From: an uncultured Spirochaetia bacterium
Lineage (GTDB): Bacteria; Spirochaetota; Brachyspiria; Brachyspirales; Brachyspiraceae
Direction: 5' to 3'
NCBI GenBank assembly: GCA_947038115.1
Contig: CAMQVF010000001.1
Span: forward strand, 14,983 to 78,982
DNA length: 64,000 nt
Shown here piece by piece: positions 41,231-50,987 of the stretch; positions within the stretch are counted from its first letter, which is position 1; every line of letters begins with the position of its first letter. The position numbers and the translations under genes were made by a program. The notes beneath the pieces are model-generated. The model was not told the origin of the DNA, did no database searches, and saw only the letters and a program-made list of their open reading frames with translations.

Positions 41231-44200
41231 ATGAATAGTAATAAAGAGCTTTTATTATTTCCTAATATGAAAGCTAGAGATATTTATATAGAGTCTTTAT
41301 ATAGTGGTAAAACGATAAATACCACCAATATACAGACTCTTGCTTTATTTTTTAGAACTCTTCTTAATAATTTTGATTTAAATAATTCGAGTAATAAAAA
41401 ATTTATTTCTTCTGGTATAGCTAGCATTTATATGGCTGGTGCTTTTGATGAGTATATAAAACAAAATGAAAACTCAATATTTAAAAGTCAGCCCAATAAA
41501 TATGAAATGGCGAATTGCCTTTATAGCCTATACGAAGAAATTGAGTTATCTTTATTAAATACTAATAATGATAATTTATATAATGAACTTATAAACTACT
41601 CTAAAAATATCAGAGAAAGTATTAATATTATTTTAATATATAAAGAACATATAGCATCTAATAATTTATATGATGAATTTATGCTTTATAAAAATTTTAT
41701 AGAATTCATTAAAAATAATAGTGAGTCGTATAAAAAGTATGATATTATAAATGTTTTTGGTTTTGAACATTTTCCAGTAAGATATAGTATTTTCTTGAAA
41801 GTATTATCAAAGTATTGTGGTGTTCAGGTCAATATAAAAATGCCTTATTCATTATCACTTTTGAAATCATTTGGTAATTTTGAAATACTTACAAAAGACA
41901 TAGAAGATCTTAATATTGAATATAGTAATACTCATGATTTACCTTCTGCTTTAATATCTTTAAATAGTGATGTTCTAAAAAATTATAAAGATAATATTGA
42001 ATTTTTAGCAGGCTTTGGTTCTAATCAAGAAATAGATAATATTTTCGATAGTATTTTTCCTCTCATAAATAATAATGTTGCTCTTTATGACATCGCTATA
42101 GTTTTTGATAATGCTAAACTTTATCATGATAAAATAGTTGAAAAATGCATTGAATATAATATTCCTTTTAATGAAAGACGGGGTGAGCCGATTTGGAGCA
42201 TTCCTTTAATCCCCGTTATCACTAGTTTATTTTCTATTGTTTCATATACTGAAAATGGAAAAGAAATTGATGTCGATATGTTTTTGAAATTGCTTTCATC
42301 GCCATATATAAAATTTAAATTTATTAATCATATTACTATAAGAGAGTTTTTTTACTCGAAAAAGATATTTAATCTTTATCATAAAATGCCAGTTGTTAAG
42401 TTTATAAAGCATTTAAAAAAAGAAAAATTTAGATGTGATTATAGCATAGAAGAAATTACAAACACGGCTGAAAGTGTTCTTGAATTGCTTAAACATATTG
42501 AAGAACTTAATAATCAAAAATCATTTACGAAGATTACATCTATTTATTTAAATATATTAACTTTATGTAATGTCGCTACTAATTTGAAAAATAATGAGAC
42601 TTCTTTTAATAGAGATTATAATGCATTGTCAATTTTTATAGATTTGATTCTTAAAATGTCTATTGATGATATAAATATTGCGACAAGTGATTATAGTACA
42701 ATTATTAATATTATTTTAAGAGACACCTACATTCCTTATGAGCAAAAAGATATCGGTGGCATAACTCTATCATCGCTTTATGATATGCGAGGTGCTTATT
42801 ATAAGCATACATTTATAATTGGTCTGAATAGTACATTTGCTTTAAGAAAACCAGATACTTTTATAATTAATGCACAAGATAAAATTAAAATTAATAATGA
42901 TTATAATAGAGATTTATTTAATACAAACGAAGTGGCTAATATTTTATCTAGATCTTTATTTGCCAATATAATATCTAAGTTAGACGAAGAAAGTAAATTA
43001 TATTTATCATTTAGATATAAAGATGACAATGGCAACATCGAACTTCTTTCTATTTTTGTTGAAGAGATATTTTATGGTATTTTTAATAAAGACTTTAATT
43101 TTGAAAATCTTAAAAGTGAAGGCCTAAAATATAGAGAAAACTATATTGAAAAAAGCAATAAGAGTTATTCGTACAAAGAAAATTTAGTTTCTCTTTTTTA
43201 TCATAAAGATTCTAATTATTATTTTGATAGTGAAATATATTCCAAAATAGAAAATATTTATAAAAGAAGTGCTAAAAATAATGACGAACTACTTGAAAGT
43301 GGAGAGATATCGCAAAATATTTGCAACTTCTTTTTATCGAAACCACTTGGCGTGAGAGAAGTTGACGAACTTATGAAATGTCCTCAAAGATTTGTTTATA
43401 ATAATATAATAGGCGAGGGCAAGGATAACAAACTTCAAATTGGTGTTGATAGAATGTCTGTGGGTTATATTTATCATAAATTTTTTGAAATATTTTATAA
43501 AACATTAAAAGAAAAATATCGCACTACTATATTAACAAATAATATAAAAAGTGAGTATTATAATATTGCAGAAAATATAATTGATAATATTTTGTCAGAT
43601 AAAAATGAAAAAGAAATTGACATTAAAGTTTTAAGTAATGATATGAAAGTTTCTATGAAAATATTTATAGATAAAGAACTTTTAAAAGAAGATGATTATT
43701 ATGAGCCAACTGCATTTGAAGAAATTTTTAATGATTATGAAATATATAAAAATATAAAAATTAACGGTATTATCGATAGAGTCGACTTTATTAAAGATAG
43801 TAATGAAATTATAAATTCAATTCGAATTGTAGATTATAAAGCTAGCAAATATGGTATTCCTGATGACATCAAAAATAAAAAAGATGAATCTGAAGTTGAA
43901 AAAATTAAAAGAACAAAAAAAGAGTTGCTTACGAAATATTTACAACCGCTTTTATATTTAGATTATTCTATAAAAAATTATAGTAGTTTGGAAAATATAG
44001 AAAACTTATCGGTGGCATTTAGTATTTATAAAAAAGAATACTTGCTCGATAATAATTATTTTATTTCGTTTAATGAGTCAGATGTTATAAAAAGTATTTT
44101 AAGTGATGATAATTTAGAAATTAATAATGATAATAGATTTTTAAGTTTAAGAAATTATATAGGCTATGTTGTTGAGAGAATGTCAATTGGAATAATAGAT

Positions 44201-44284
44201 TATTTTCCTTCTAAAGCTTTATGTGAAAAATGTCCTAAAAATCTAATTTGTAAAAATGTTTTATTAGTTGATATTAATGAGTAA
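41231..44284 (+). CDS. AddB-like PD-(D/E)XK nuclease with Fe-S cysteine set
   Basis: 1017-aa ORF. RecB-family nuclease motifs are GIIDRVDF, IVDYKAS and QPLLY. One distal Cys (MKCPQRF) plus C-terminal CEKCPKNLIC (C-x2-C-x5-C) are arranged as in AddB. The N-terminal P-loop is degenerate (LYSGKT). Confidence 0.6.
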   Translation: MNSNKELLLFPNMKARDIYIESLYSGKTINTTNIQTLALFFRTLLNNFDLNNSSNKKFISSGIASIYMAGAFDEYIKQNENSIFKSQPNKYEMANCLYSLYEEIELSLLNTNNDNLYNELINYSKNIRESINIILIYKEHIASNNLYDEFMLYKNFIEFIKNNSESYKKYDIINVFGFEHFPVRYSIFLKVLSKYCGVQVNIKMPYSLSLLKSFGNFEILTKDIEDLNIEYSNTHDLPSALISLNSDVLKNYKDNIEFLAGFGSNQEIDNIFDSIFPLINNNVALYDIAIVFDNAKLYHDKIVEKCIEYNIPFNERRGEPIWSIPLIPVITSLFSIVSYTENGKEIDVDMFLKLLSSPYIKFKFINHITIREFFYSKKIFNLYHKMPVVKFIKHLKKEKFRCDYSIEEITNTAESVLELLKHIEELNNQKSFTKITSIYLNILTLCNVATNLKNNETSFNRDYNALSIFIDLILKMSIDDINIATSDYSTIINIILRDTYIPYEQKDIGGITLSSLYDMRGAYYKHTFIIGLNSTFALRKPDTFIINAQDKIKINNDYNRDLFNTNEVANILSRSLFANIISKLDEESKLYLSFRYKDDNGNIELLSIFVEEIFYGIFNKDFNFENLKSEGLKYRENYIEKSNKSYSYKENLVSLFYHKDSNYYFDSEIYSKIENIYKRSAKNNDELLESGEISQNICNFFLSKPLGVREVDELMKCPQRFVYNNIIGEGKDNKLQIGVDRMSVGYIYHKFFEIFYKTLKEKYRTTILTNNIKSEYYNIAENIIDNILSDKNEKEIDIKVLSNDMKVSMKIFIDKELLKEDDYYEPTAFEEIFNDYEIYKNIKINGIIDRVDFIKDSNEIINSIRIVDYKASKYGIPDDIKNKKDESEVEKIKRTKKELLTKYLQPLLYLDYSIKNYSSLENIENLSVAFSIYKKEYLLDNNYFISFNESDVIKSILSDDNLEINNDNRFLSLRNYIGYVVERMSIGIIDYFPSKALCEKCPKNLICKNVLLVDINE

Positions 44285-47200
44285 TAACAATTCGTTTGAA
44301 GTATTTCTTTTTGTCAGCTATCATAAGTATAATATATACCCCGTCAGTTATGCCTCTTCCTTTTCTGATATTCCCTGTCCATATTTCTCTTTGCCTGTTT
44401 TCAAATTCCATTACTCTTCTGCCTTCAAGGGTGTAAAGATAAAAAGATACATTTTGATAATTTTTATTTGGTGCTACAGAAATTAATAATGGCTCACCTG
44501 ATGACATGTTCCAGACGTTTTTGCTCACTATAAACTCACCTTTAAATTGTATAGAGCTAACTTCAGTGGTATATATTTTAGATAATTCACCTTCAATATC
44601 ATCTTTCATAAGAGAGACACAAAAACTTAAACTGCCTTCTTTTATATCGAAATCATGATAAATAGGTTTTGAATTTTCTATATATATTTTATTTGTTTTG
44701 TCATCTTTTATTTTATATAATACCCATTTATCGAAATTAGCTGTGCTTGGTAATATTGTAAATGTTATATATCCATTTTTATTTTCATGTTTAACATCGG
44801 CTGAGGGTAGGCTTTTACCGTCATGAGTAATTTTATTTATAGCAGAATTAAAATATCCTTCGTATCCAAATTTATCTATTGCCACAATTTGATAATAATA
44901 AGTATTGCCGATTATTGCTGTAGTATCATTATATTTATTTCCTATAATGGATGATATTTTTATGTATTCATCATACATTTTTAAACTTCTATATATATAA
45001 TATTCTTGATTAACATCTGATAAAATATTTATAGAAACTCCCATATAACTTGAGTGTGTTGTTATATTAATAGGATTTGATAATACTGGACTTAATACAG
45101 ATGGGTTTACGTATAAAGCTAAATCATCTATTATAATACTTGCTTTGCTATTTTCTAATGCGAAGCCAATTTTTATGTCGGTCATATTTTCTTCTAATGG
45201 AATTATTGAAGATATAGTCTGCCAATTTTTATTTATTGTTTTCTTTATTTCTAATATATTTGAATATGCTAAACTTCCATTTGTACTATAGCTTACAAAT
45301 ATTCCTATTTTAGAATTATTACCAAGCTTTATATTATCTAGGCATTTGATGTTAAATAAAACTTGTATGCTATTATATCCTTTGATTAAATTAATATCAT
45401 AGTTTTTATATACTTTTAGTTTTGTATTATTATTATCACTTTTTAATAAAATGGAGTTTTTGAATGTTTTAGCATTTGTAGATATTGTTGTTATTTCACC
45501 TATGCCAGAAATATCTTTTATATATTCATCACTTTCAAATGAGTCATATATTACTAATTTACTTTTGCCTGCTTTCGAATTAATTAATATTATTTTTGGT
45601 GTTAATCTGCTTAAGTTTAAAGTTATGTTATTATTATTTGCTTCGATAACAGAGATTTCTCCTTCAACATCAAAGGATTTAGCCATTATATTATTTATAG
45701 TAGCTATTTTATGTATAGCTTCACCACCTTCATCTTTTGTCGTCAAATAATATAGTTCGTCTTTATAAGATAGCTCTATTGATATGACAGAAGATGAAAA
45801 TGATTTATTAATTATTTTAGACTTATTTATTATGCTAAACAAATTGTTAATAGATTTATAAAGCCCTCTTCTTTCATTATTATATTTATATCTAATAGAG
45901 TAGAAAGACTCAGCTGGTTCACGAGAGTTTTCCATATTTTCATCATAGCTAGTCCAAAATATATTTTCGACACCACTATATATTAATGCACTTGTGATAT
46001 AATATGCATAAAGCATAGAAGCTCTTTCACCTGATACATTTCGATATCGATGACCGTCAAGAAAAACTTCGTTGTCATGAGATATATTATCTTTAAGTCT
46101 ATAGTCTGACATTATTCCATAGCCTGTAACCCAGAGATCGATTTTGCTATTTCTATCTTTAAGTATAGATTTTATAGTTATTATTCCATCATTTTTATTT
46201 TCTAATAAATTTTTATACGAATATCCTTCATCGCTTTCTAATGGATTACTAAGTATTAAATTGTACCCAAATGTATCGATATGACTGCCTATGCCATATT
46301 TATCTAGCATGTCTAATATATTATCAACCAGTGATTCTCTATCATTTTTTTGAGTTATTGGTATTATTACATTTATGCTACTATCGGCTGTTTTTATAGC
46401 TGTGTAAATTGCACTTATATAAAGTGTATAGTCGCTTAAATTTAGGCCTGTCAGATACCAATTAAAGAATCTATCCTCTATTAATATAGTTTTTATATAA
46501 TCCCCATATTGTTTTGCGAATGTATACCAGAGGAATGCTGTTTTTGTTAAATTTTCTTTACTTGCGAATTTTCCACTAAAAAGATGACTATTTTTTTCAA
46601 AACCACCTGCAGAGTATGCAACATTATATTTTTTTATATTATTAAGTTCTATTTGTGTGAAAACACTTTTTATATTAAAATCTTTGTCGACTATATTTTT
46701 AACTTTTGAGCTATTTTTATTAAAATCTTTAAATATGAAAGACTTTGAAGACATTCCATCTCTTATGCACTCATCTATACTTTTAAGCGAATGTATTGCA
46801 AAACCCATGTTTATTTCTTGTTGGTTTGACTTTAATATTCTTTTTTCTCTATAATTTTTAGGCTTTAATAATGCTTCTTTAATATTTATAGACTTATTTT
46901 TGCCTTTTAGTTTGAGAGTTACTTTGGCATGGCTATATTTTTTTATATTTTCTTTTATAACGAAATCTAATTTTATTTCTTTATTATTTACAATATTAGT
47001 TGAATACTCAATTATTTTATTGTTAACATCAAATAAAATTACACTTAAAATAGTTTCTGTATTTTCTGAAATATTATCGAATATGAAAATAGCTTCATAC
47101 TCAATATTTGGAAATAATGAATATATATCTTGTTCGATTATCGCTTCGTTATTATCACCATCATTTAAATTTATTTCTATATAATTTTTATATTCTGTTT

Positions 47201-47363
47201 TTTTTATAAATTTTATTTGAGAATTAGCACTTGATGTCGTCGTCCATACATCTTGAGGATAAAAAGACTCGCCTCTGAAAATGTTAAATGAATATAAATG
47301 GTTTGAATATATTAAAATAAATAGGACTGTTAAAGAAATAATTTTATTGATTAGTATTTTCAT
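44274..47363 (-). CDS. Large secreted multidomain protein (jelly-roll/CBM-like, TIM-barrel glycosidase-like, Fn3-like, C-terminal Ig-like sandwich)
   Basis: 1029-aa ORF with a signal peptide. Two beta-sandwich regions flank a beta/alpha-alternating region of about 330 aa. An Fn3-like block reads YYIYRS...YYYQIVAIDKFGYEG. The C-terminus DGVYIILMIADKKKYFKRIVITH resembles FlgD-Ig/CTD-type sandwiches. Confidence 0.55.
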   Translation of the reverse strand: MKILINKIISLTVLFILIYSNHLYSFNIFRGESFYPQDVWTTTSSANSQIKFIKKTEYKNYIEINLNDGDNNEAIIEQDIYSLFPNIEYEAIFIFDNISENTETILSVILFDVNNKIIEYSTNIVNNKEIKLDFVIKENIKKYSHAKVTLKLKGKNKSINIKEALLKPKNYREKRILKSNQQEINMGFAIHSLKSIDECIRDGMSSKSFIFKDFNKNSSKVKNIVDKDFNIKSVFTQIELNNIKKYNVAYSAGGFEKNSHLFSGKFASKENLTKTAFLWYTFAKQYGDYIKTILIEDRFFNWYLTGLNLSDYTLYISAIYTAIKTADSSINVIIPITQKNDRESLVDNILDMLDKYGIGSHIDTFGYNLILSNPLESDEGYSYKNLLENKNDGIITIKSILKDRNSKIDLWVTGYGIMSDYRLKDNISHDNEVFLDGHRYRNVSGERASMLYAYYITSALIYSGVENIFWTSYDENMENSREPAESFYSIRYKYNNERRGLYKSINNLFSIINKSKIINKSFSSSVISIELSYKDELYYLTTKDEGGEAIHKIATINNIMAKSFDVEGEISVIEANNNNITLNLSRLTPKIILINSKAGKSKLVIYDSFESDEYIKDISGIGEITTISTNAKTFKNSILLKSDNNNTKLKVYKNYDINLIKGYNSIQVLFNIKCLDNIKLGNNSKIGIFVSYSTNGSLAYSNILEIKKTINKNWQTISSIIPLEENMTDIKIGFALENSKASIIIDDLALYVNPSVLSPVLSNPINITTHSSYMGVSINILSDVNQEYYIYRSLKMYDEYIKISSIIGNKYNDTTAIIGNTYYYQIVAIDKFGYEGYFNSAINKITHDGKSLPSADVKHENKNGYITFTILPSTANFDKWVLYKIKDDKTNKIYIENSKPIYHDFDIKEGSLSFCVSLMKDDIEGELSKIYTTEVSSIQFKGEFIVSKNVWNMSSGEPLLISVAPNKNYQNVSFYLYTLEGRRVMEFENRQREIWTGNIRKGRGITDGVYIILMIADKKKYFKRIVITH

Positions 47364-48195
47364 TTTTACTATATTTTTTGATATAATTACCTATAGGAAT
47401 AACAAAGCCTATATTATATTCGATACCTTTTATTTGATAATATGTGAGTGTTGTTTCTATATTGATATAATCAAAAATATAAAATCGTAATCCACCTTTA
47501 ATTTCATATTCAGTTGGCATAGAAAAAAAGTATCTAAAAGTGAGAAAAGCGTCGGCAAAGCTAGCTATTGGTGAGAGTATTCCAAGGCTTGCATCAATGT
47601 CGTAATATGTGTGATAGCCGACTTCTGCCATAAGTGTTATCATATAAATATCATAATATGCATTTGCTGCTATATAAAAGTCGGTATAATCAAAAATTGT
47701 GTCTTCACTTTCACCTTCCACGTAAAGAGAAAATAACATATTGGTGTCTTTATATGCGATACTTAATGCTGTGCTACCTGACCAAAATTTATAGCTACCT
47801 GCTAAGTCCATTTCTCCATCTGAAGATATCGAAACATATATTGCTTTGTTTTCTGATAGATTAAATTTATATCCTGTTGCTCCATAATATGAATGTCTAG
47901 ACAAACTTATCGCACTTTCTAATGGAGTGTTATCAACCACACCGTTATACCAATATGAATAATTTATATAAGTGTAGAAGTTATTAAAAAACCCCATAAA
48001 GTCAGTGTTTGCTCTAAATCTATTAGCGAATAATAAATCAAAACTTACACCTAAATTAATATCATCTGCATAGATAGGAATATCTGTACGTTTTATTATA
48101 TCATTTGGAGGTAGTGTTATGGCAAAAAGTTTATTATTTGATACAACAATAGTAAAAATCATTATTAATATAGCAGTATTTTTTAAAAGCACCAT
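47344..48195 (-). CDS. Outer-membrane beta-barrel protein, function unknown
   Basis: 283-aa ORF with a signal peptide and pervasive alternating aromatic/hydrophobic strands (YVSISS, YKFWSG, LSIAYK, FSLYVEG, YIAANAYY, LMAEVGY, FLTFRYF, LRFYIF, ETTLTYY). Its 3' end overlaps the downstream gene start by 20 nt. Confidence 0.5.
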   Translation of the reverse strand: MVLLKNTAILIMIFTIVVSNNKLFAITLPPNDIIKRTDIPIYADDINLGVSFDLLFANRFRANTDFMGFFNNFYTYINYSYWYNGVVDNTPLESAISLSRHSYYGATGYKFNLSENKAIYVSISSDGEMDLAGSYKFWSGSTALSIAYKDTNMLFSLYVEGESEDTIFDYTDFYIAANAYYDIYMITLMAEVGYHTYYDIDASLGILSPIASFADAFLTFRYFFSMPTEYEIKGGLRFYIFDYINIETTLTYYQIKGIEYNIGFVIPIGNYIKKYSKNENTNQ

Positions 48196-48284
48196 TTATA
48201 TATAGTATATATAAAATAATCTATACTTCAATGCTTTATAGAGTATTTATATTATTATATGAATTTTCTATTTACTTGTCATGT

Positions 48285-48326
48285 TGATATAATTATAAAT
48301 TTGGTGTAGAGTTAATTTGATATAAT
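48285..48326 (+). promoter_or_regulatory. Two tandem extended -10 elements (direct repeat TTGATATAATTA)
   Basis: TGaTATAAT occurs at 48285-48293 and again at 48318-48326, upstream of the GT-A-like gene. Confidence 0.35.
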
Positions 48327-48363
48327 TAATTGAATATTGGATTGCTATGGATCATTATTTCCT

Positions 48364-49278
48364 ATGAAAACAAAAAATAATATAGTCATAATACATACAG
48401 GTTATAGTAAATATCTTTATTACTGTTTAATACAAGCAAGAAAGACAAATCCTAATGCTTCTATTTATTTAATTGGCGATAAAGAATATAAAAAACTATC
48501 TAGGTATTCAGAGTTTGTAAATATAAATGATTTAGTAAGTGATGATATAAATTTATTTGAAAATTCTTATATTCATCTAGGTAAAAGCTCTTATAAATTT
48601 GAGATGTTTTGTATTAAAAGATGGTTTATACTTAGAAATTTTATGGATAAATTTAATATATCAAGTTGCCTCCATATTGATAGTGATGTAATGCTTTTGG
48701 CAGATACGGAAGAATCACTTGAATATTTTAATGATTGCGATATAGCACTTGCAAATAACTTAGCACTCACTATGAAAATTAATAATATTAATGTTATTAA
48801 AGAGTTTTGTAATTTTATTATCGATATATATACAAAAGAAGAGAATATAAATTATCTTAAAAGTTTATATTTTGATACCGATAGATGTAGTATTGGAACG
48901 GCTGGAAGTATATCTGATATGGATTTATCCAGAATGTTTTTTGAGAGTACTTCATTTAGTGTGAAAAATCTTTCTGAAATATATAATAATTCATTTTTCG
49001 ACTCGGCTATTATATATGGAGACCCTAATTTTGAAATGATAAAAAAGGGTAGATATACTATGAAAAAAGTATTTTTTGAAAATGAAGTTGCTTATTGTCA
49101 TGTTTGTGAAAATCCTAATTTGAAAATAAGAGTTAATTCTTTGCATTTTCTTGTTTGGAGTAAAATATATATGAAGAAAATACTTAAATGTGAAGACTTA
49201 AATTTTAATCCAATTTATATTAATACATATAGAGAGTTTGTTGTTTTTTATAAAAAAATTAAAAATATACTGTCTTAG
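48364..49278 (+). CDS. Putative GT-A-fold glycosyltransferase (GT8-like DxD), function unknown
   Basis: N-terminal NIVIIHTGYSKYLYYCLIQARKTNP and FCIKRWFILRNFMDKFNISSCLHIDSDVMLL resemble the nucleotide-sugar transferase core with a DSD metal motif. The track ORF begins at TTG 48337, and the ATG at 48364 is more likely. Confidence 0.45.
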   Translation: MKTKNNIVIIHTGYSKYLYYCLIQARKTNPNASIYLIGDKEYKKLSRYSEFVNINDLVSDDINLFENSYIHLGKSSYKFEMFCIKRWFILRNFMDKFNISSCLHIDSDVMLLADTEESLEYFNDCDIALANNLALTMKINNINVIKEFCNFIIDIYTKEENINYLKSLYFDTDRCSIGTAGSISDMDLSRMFFESTSFSVKNLSEIYNNSFFDSAIIYGDPNFEMIKKGRYTMKKVFFENEVAYCHVCENPNLKIRVNSLHFLVWSKIYMKKILKCEDLNFNPIYINTYREFVVFYKKIKNILS

Positions 49279-49425
49279 TTTATTATATAGAAGTTTGATA
49301 CGTTTTATGTACTAATGAAAGCGAATAGTTTTTATTTTAAAGTGATTTTTATATATGCAATTCTTTTAAAAGTGAAAATATATATAGAATTTATTCTATT
49401 ATAGTGATAAAATTTCTATATATTA

Positions 49426-49453
49426 TTGACAAAACTGTAAAAAGTAGTACAAT
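49426..49453 (+). promoter_or_regulatory. Sigma-70 promoter of the grd locus
   Basis: TTGACA (49426-49431), a 16-nt spacer, then TACAAT (49448-49453), about 40 nt upstream of grdX. Confidence 0.45.
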
Positions 49454-49494
49454 TACGGCACTGTAACCCTTTTGTATAGTTTGAAGGAAAAAGA

Positions 49495-49875
49495 TTGCAA
49501 AATATAATTATTACAAATAACCCTTTGGTTAAAGAAAGAATTTCTAGTATAAACATCGATATGTTGTACTTTGAGGATTTATCTTACTTTGATATAATGT
49601 TAAAAGTTAGAGACTTGGTGCATTCAGGACATACGCTTCTTACGCATCCTATAGTTAGTAGTATCAAGCCAAATGTCATGCCTTATAAGACAGTTGTTTT
49701 ATCGCAAAAAAAAATTACTGTAGATTTTGATTCTCTTGAACTTATCGACAATGCTTTAAAGCTAGTTGAGAGCTTTGAAAAGAGGGATCATAAGCGTTTA
49801 ACAGAAAGCGCTAAAGAAGATTTAAGACTTATCGATTATGACTGCATAAATGGTTCAATACTAAGTATTTTATAG
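49495..49875 (+). CDS. grdX: GrdX protein (glycine reductase operon-associated)
   Basis: 126-aa ORF (TTG start). IIITNNPLV...VRDLVHSGHTLLTHPIVSSIKPNVMPYKTVVL matches GrdX as I remember it, and the gene sits at the head of a grd locus. Confidence 0.75.
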   Translation: MQNIIITNNPLVKERISSINIDMLYFEDLSYFDIMLKVRDLVHSGHTLLTHPIVSSIKPNVMPYKTVVLSQKKITVDFDSLELIDNALKLVESFEKRDHKRLTESAKEDLRLIDYDCINGSILSIL

Positions 49876-49927
49876 TTGGTATTTGAATTTTATATAATAT
49901 TAAAAAATTTTAAGGGAGATATCACAA

Positions 49928-50884
49928 ATGGATAATGTTTTTGACTCAATTATTATAGGTGGCGGACCTGCTGGTCTTGCAGCTGCTGTATATACTGCTC
50001 GTGGAAAAATGTCTACAATCCTTTTTGAAAAAGCGGTTCTTGGTGGACAAATTAGTATTACTCATGAATTAGCTAACTATCCTGGATTTTTTAGTGCAAA
50101 TCATGAAGAGTTACATCCTAAGTATCTTATAGACCAAATGGAAATGCAGGCTAAATCTTTTGGTGCACAAATAGAAAAAAAGACTGTAACAGAAGTTAGA
50201 CTTAATGATAAGATTAAAGAAATTGTAACTTCTGATGGACAAGTTTATAAAGCTAAATCAGTGATTGTTGCTACTGGTGCGGGCCCTCGTAAGCTTGGTT
50301 GTATTGGTGAAAGAGAGTATACAGGTAAAGGCGTTTCTTATTGTGCTACTTGTGATGCTGACTTTTTCACTGACTTAGAAGTTTTTTGTGTTGGTGGTGG
50401 AGACACTGCTGTTGAAGAGTCTTTGTATTTGACAAGATTCGCTCGTAAAGTTACTTTAATAGTAAGAAAAGATTATTTAAGAGCTGCAGCTTCAATTATC
50501 GAACGTGCTGAGCAAAATCCTAAATTGGAAATTAAATATCGTACTAATCTTTTAGAAGTTAAAGGTGACGGAGCTGTTGAGTCTGCTCGTTTCTTAAACA
50601 ATGAAACTAATGAAGAGTGGGAATATAAAGTTTCTGAAGAAGATGGAATTTTTGGTGTATTTATTTTTGTTGGTTATGATCCTGTAACTAAGCTATTTGA
50701 AGGAATGCTTGATATGCAAGATGGCTTTATTGTAGCTGATGAGTTCATGAAAACAAATATCGAAGGCGTTTTCGCAGCTGGTGACTTAAGACCTAAAATG
50801 TTTAAACAGGTTGTTACTGCTGTTAGTGATGGCGCTATTGCTGCTATGGCTTCTGAAAAGTATGTAGCGGAGCACTTTGGGTAA
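49928..50884 (+). CDS. trxB: Thioredoxin-disulfide reductase
   Basis: 318-aa ORF with FAD motif IIGGGPAGLAAAVY, redox centre CATCDADFF and NADPH motif VGGGDTAVEE. Confidence 0.95.
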   Translation: MDNVFDSIIIGGGPAGLAAAVYTARGKMSTILFEKAVLGGQISITHELANYPGFFSANHEELHPKYLIDQMEMQAKSFGAQIEKKTVTEVRLNDKIKEIVTSDGQVYKAKSVIVATGAGPRKLGCIGEREYTGKGVSYCATCDADFFTDLEVFCVGGGDTAVEESLYLTRFARKVTLIVRKDYLRAAASIIERAEQNPKLEIKYRTNLLEVKGDGAVESARFLNNETNEEWEYKVSEEDGIFGVFIFVGYDPVTKLFEGMLDMQDGFIVADEFMKTNIEGVFAAGDLRPKMFKQVVTAVSDGAIAAMASEKYVAEHFG

Positions 50885-50932
50885 GTATTTTTTTTAGATA
50901 ATATCTTTACTATAATGTGTCAGTATTTTTTA

Positions 50933-50962
50933 TTGACATATTAAGTATTTAGTTTTTATAAT
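50933..50962 (+). promoter_or_regulatory. Internal sigma-70 promoter upstream of grdE
   Basis: TTGACA (50933-50938), an 18-nt spacer, then TATAAT (50957-50962). GGAG RBS lies at 50979-50982. Confidence 0.45.
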
Positions 50963-50987
50963 TAGAATAAAATCAAAAGGAGAAAGT

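Noticed and set aside
44268-44486. 72-aa plus-strand ORF after the AddB-like gene
   Set aside because: It lies antisense to the conserved C-terminal sandwich domain of the 1029-aa protein and has no RBS.
44274-47363. Reading the C-terminal sandwich of the 1029-aa protein as evidence for a type IX secretion system
   Set aside because: The resemblance is only at the level of a short sequence pattern. No T9SS component is in the window, and I know of no T9SS in spirochaetes. It is kept only as a fold-level hint within the finding.
49279-49494. Possible glycine riboswitch or other leader RNA upstream of the grd locus
   Set aside because: With the promoter at 49426-49453, the leader is only about 35-40 nt, which is too short for a glycine aptamer. 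It also lacks any G+C-rich helices. The same conclusion holds for the leaders of the NSS transporter and oxidoreductase operons.
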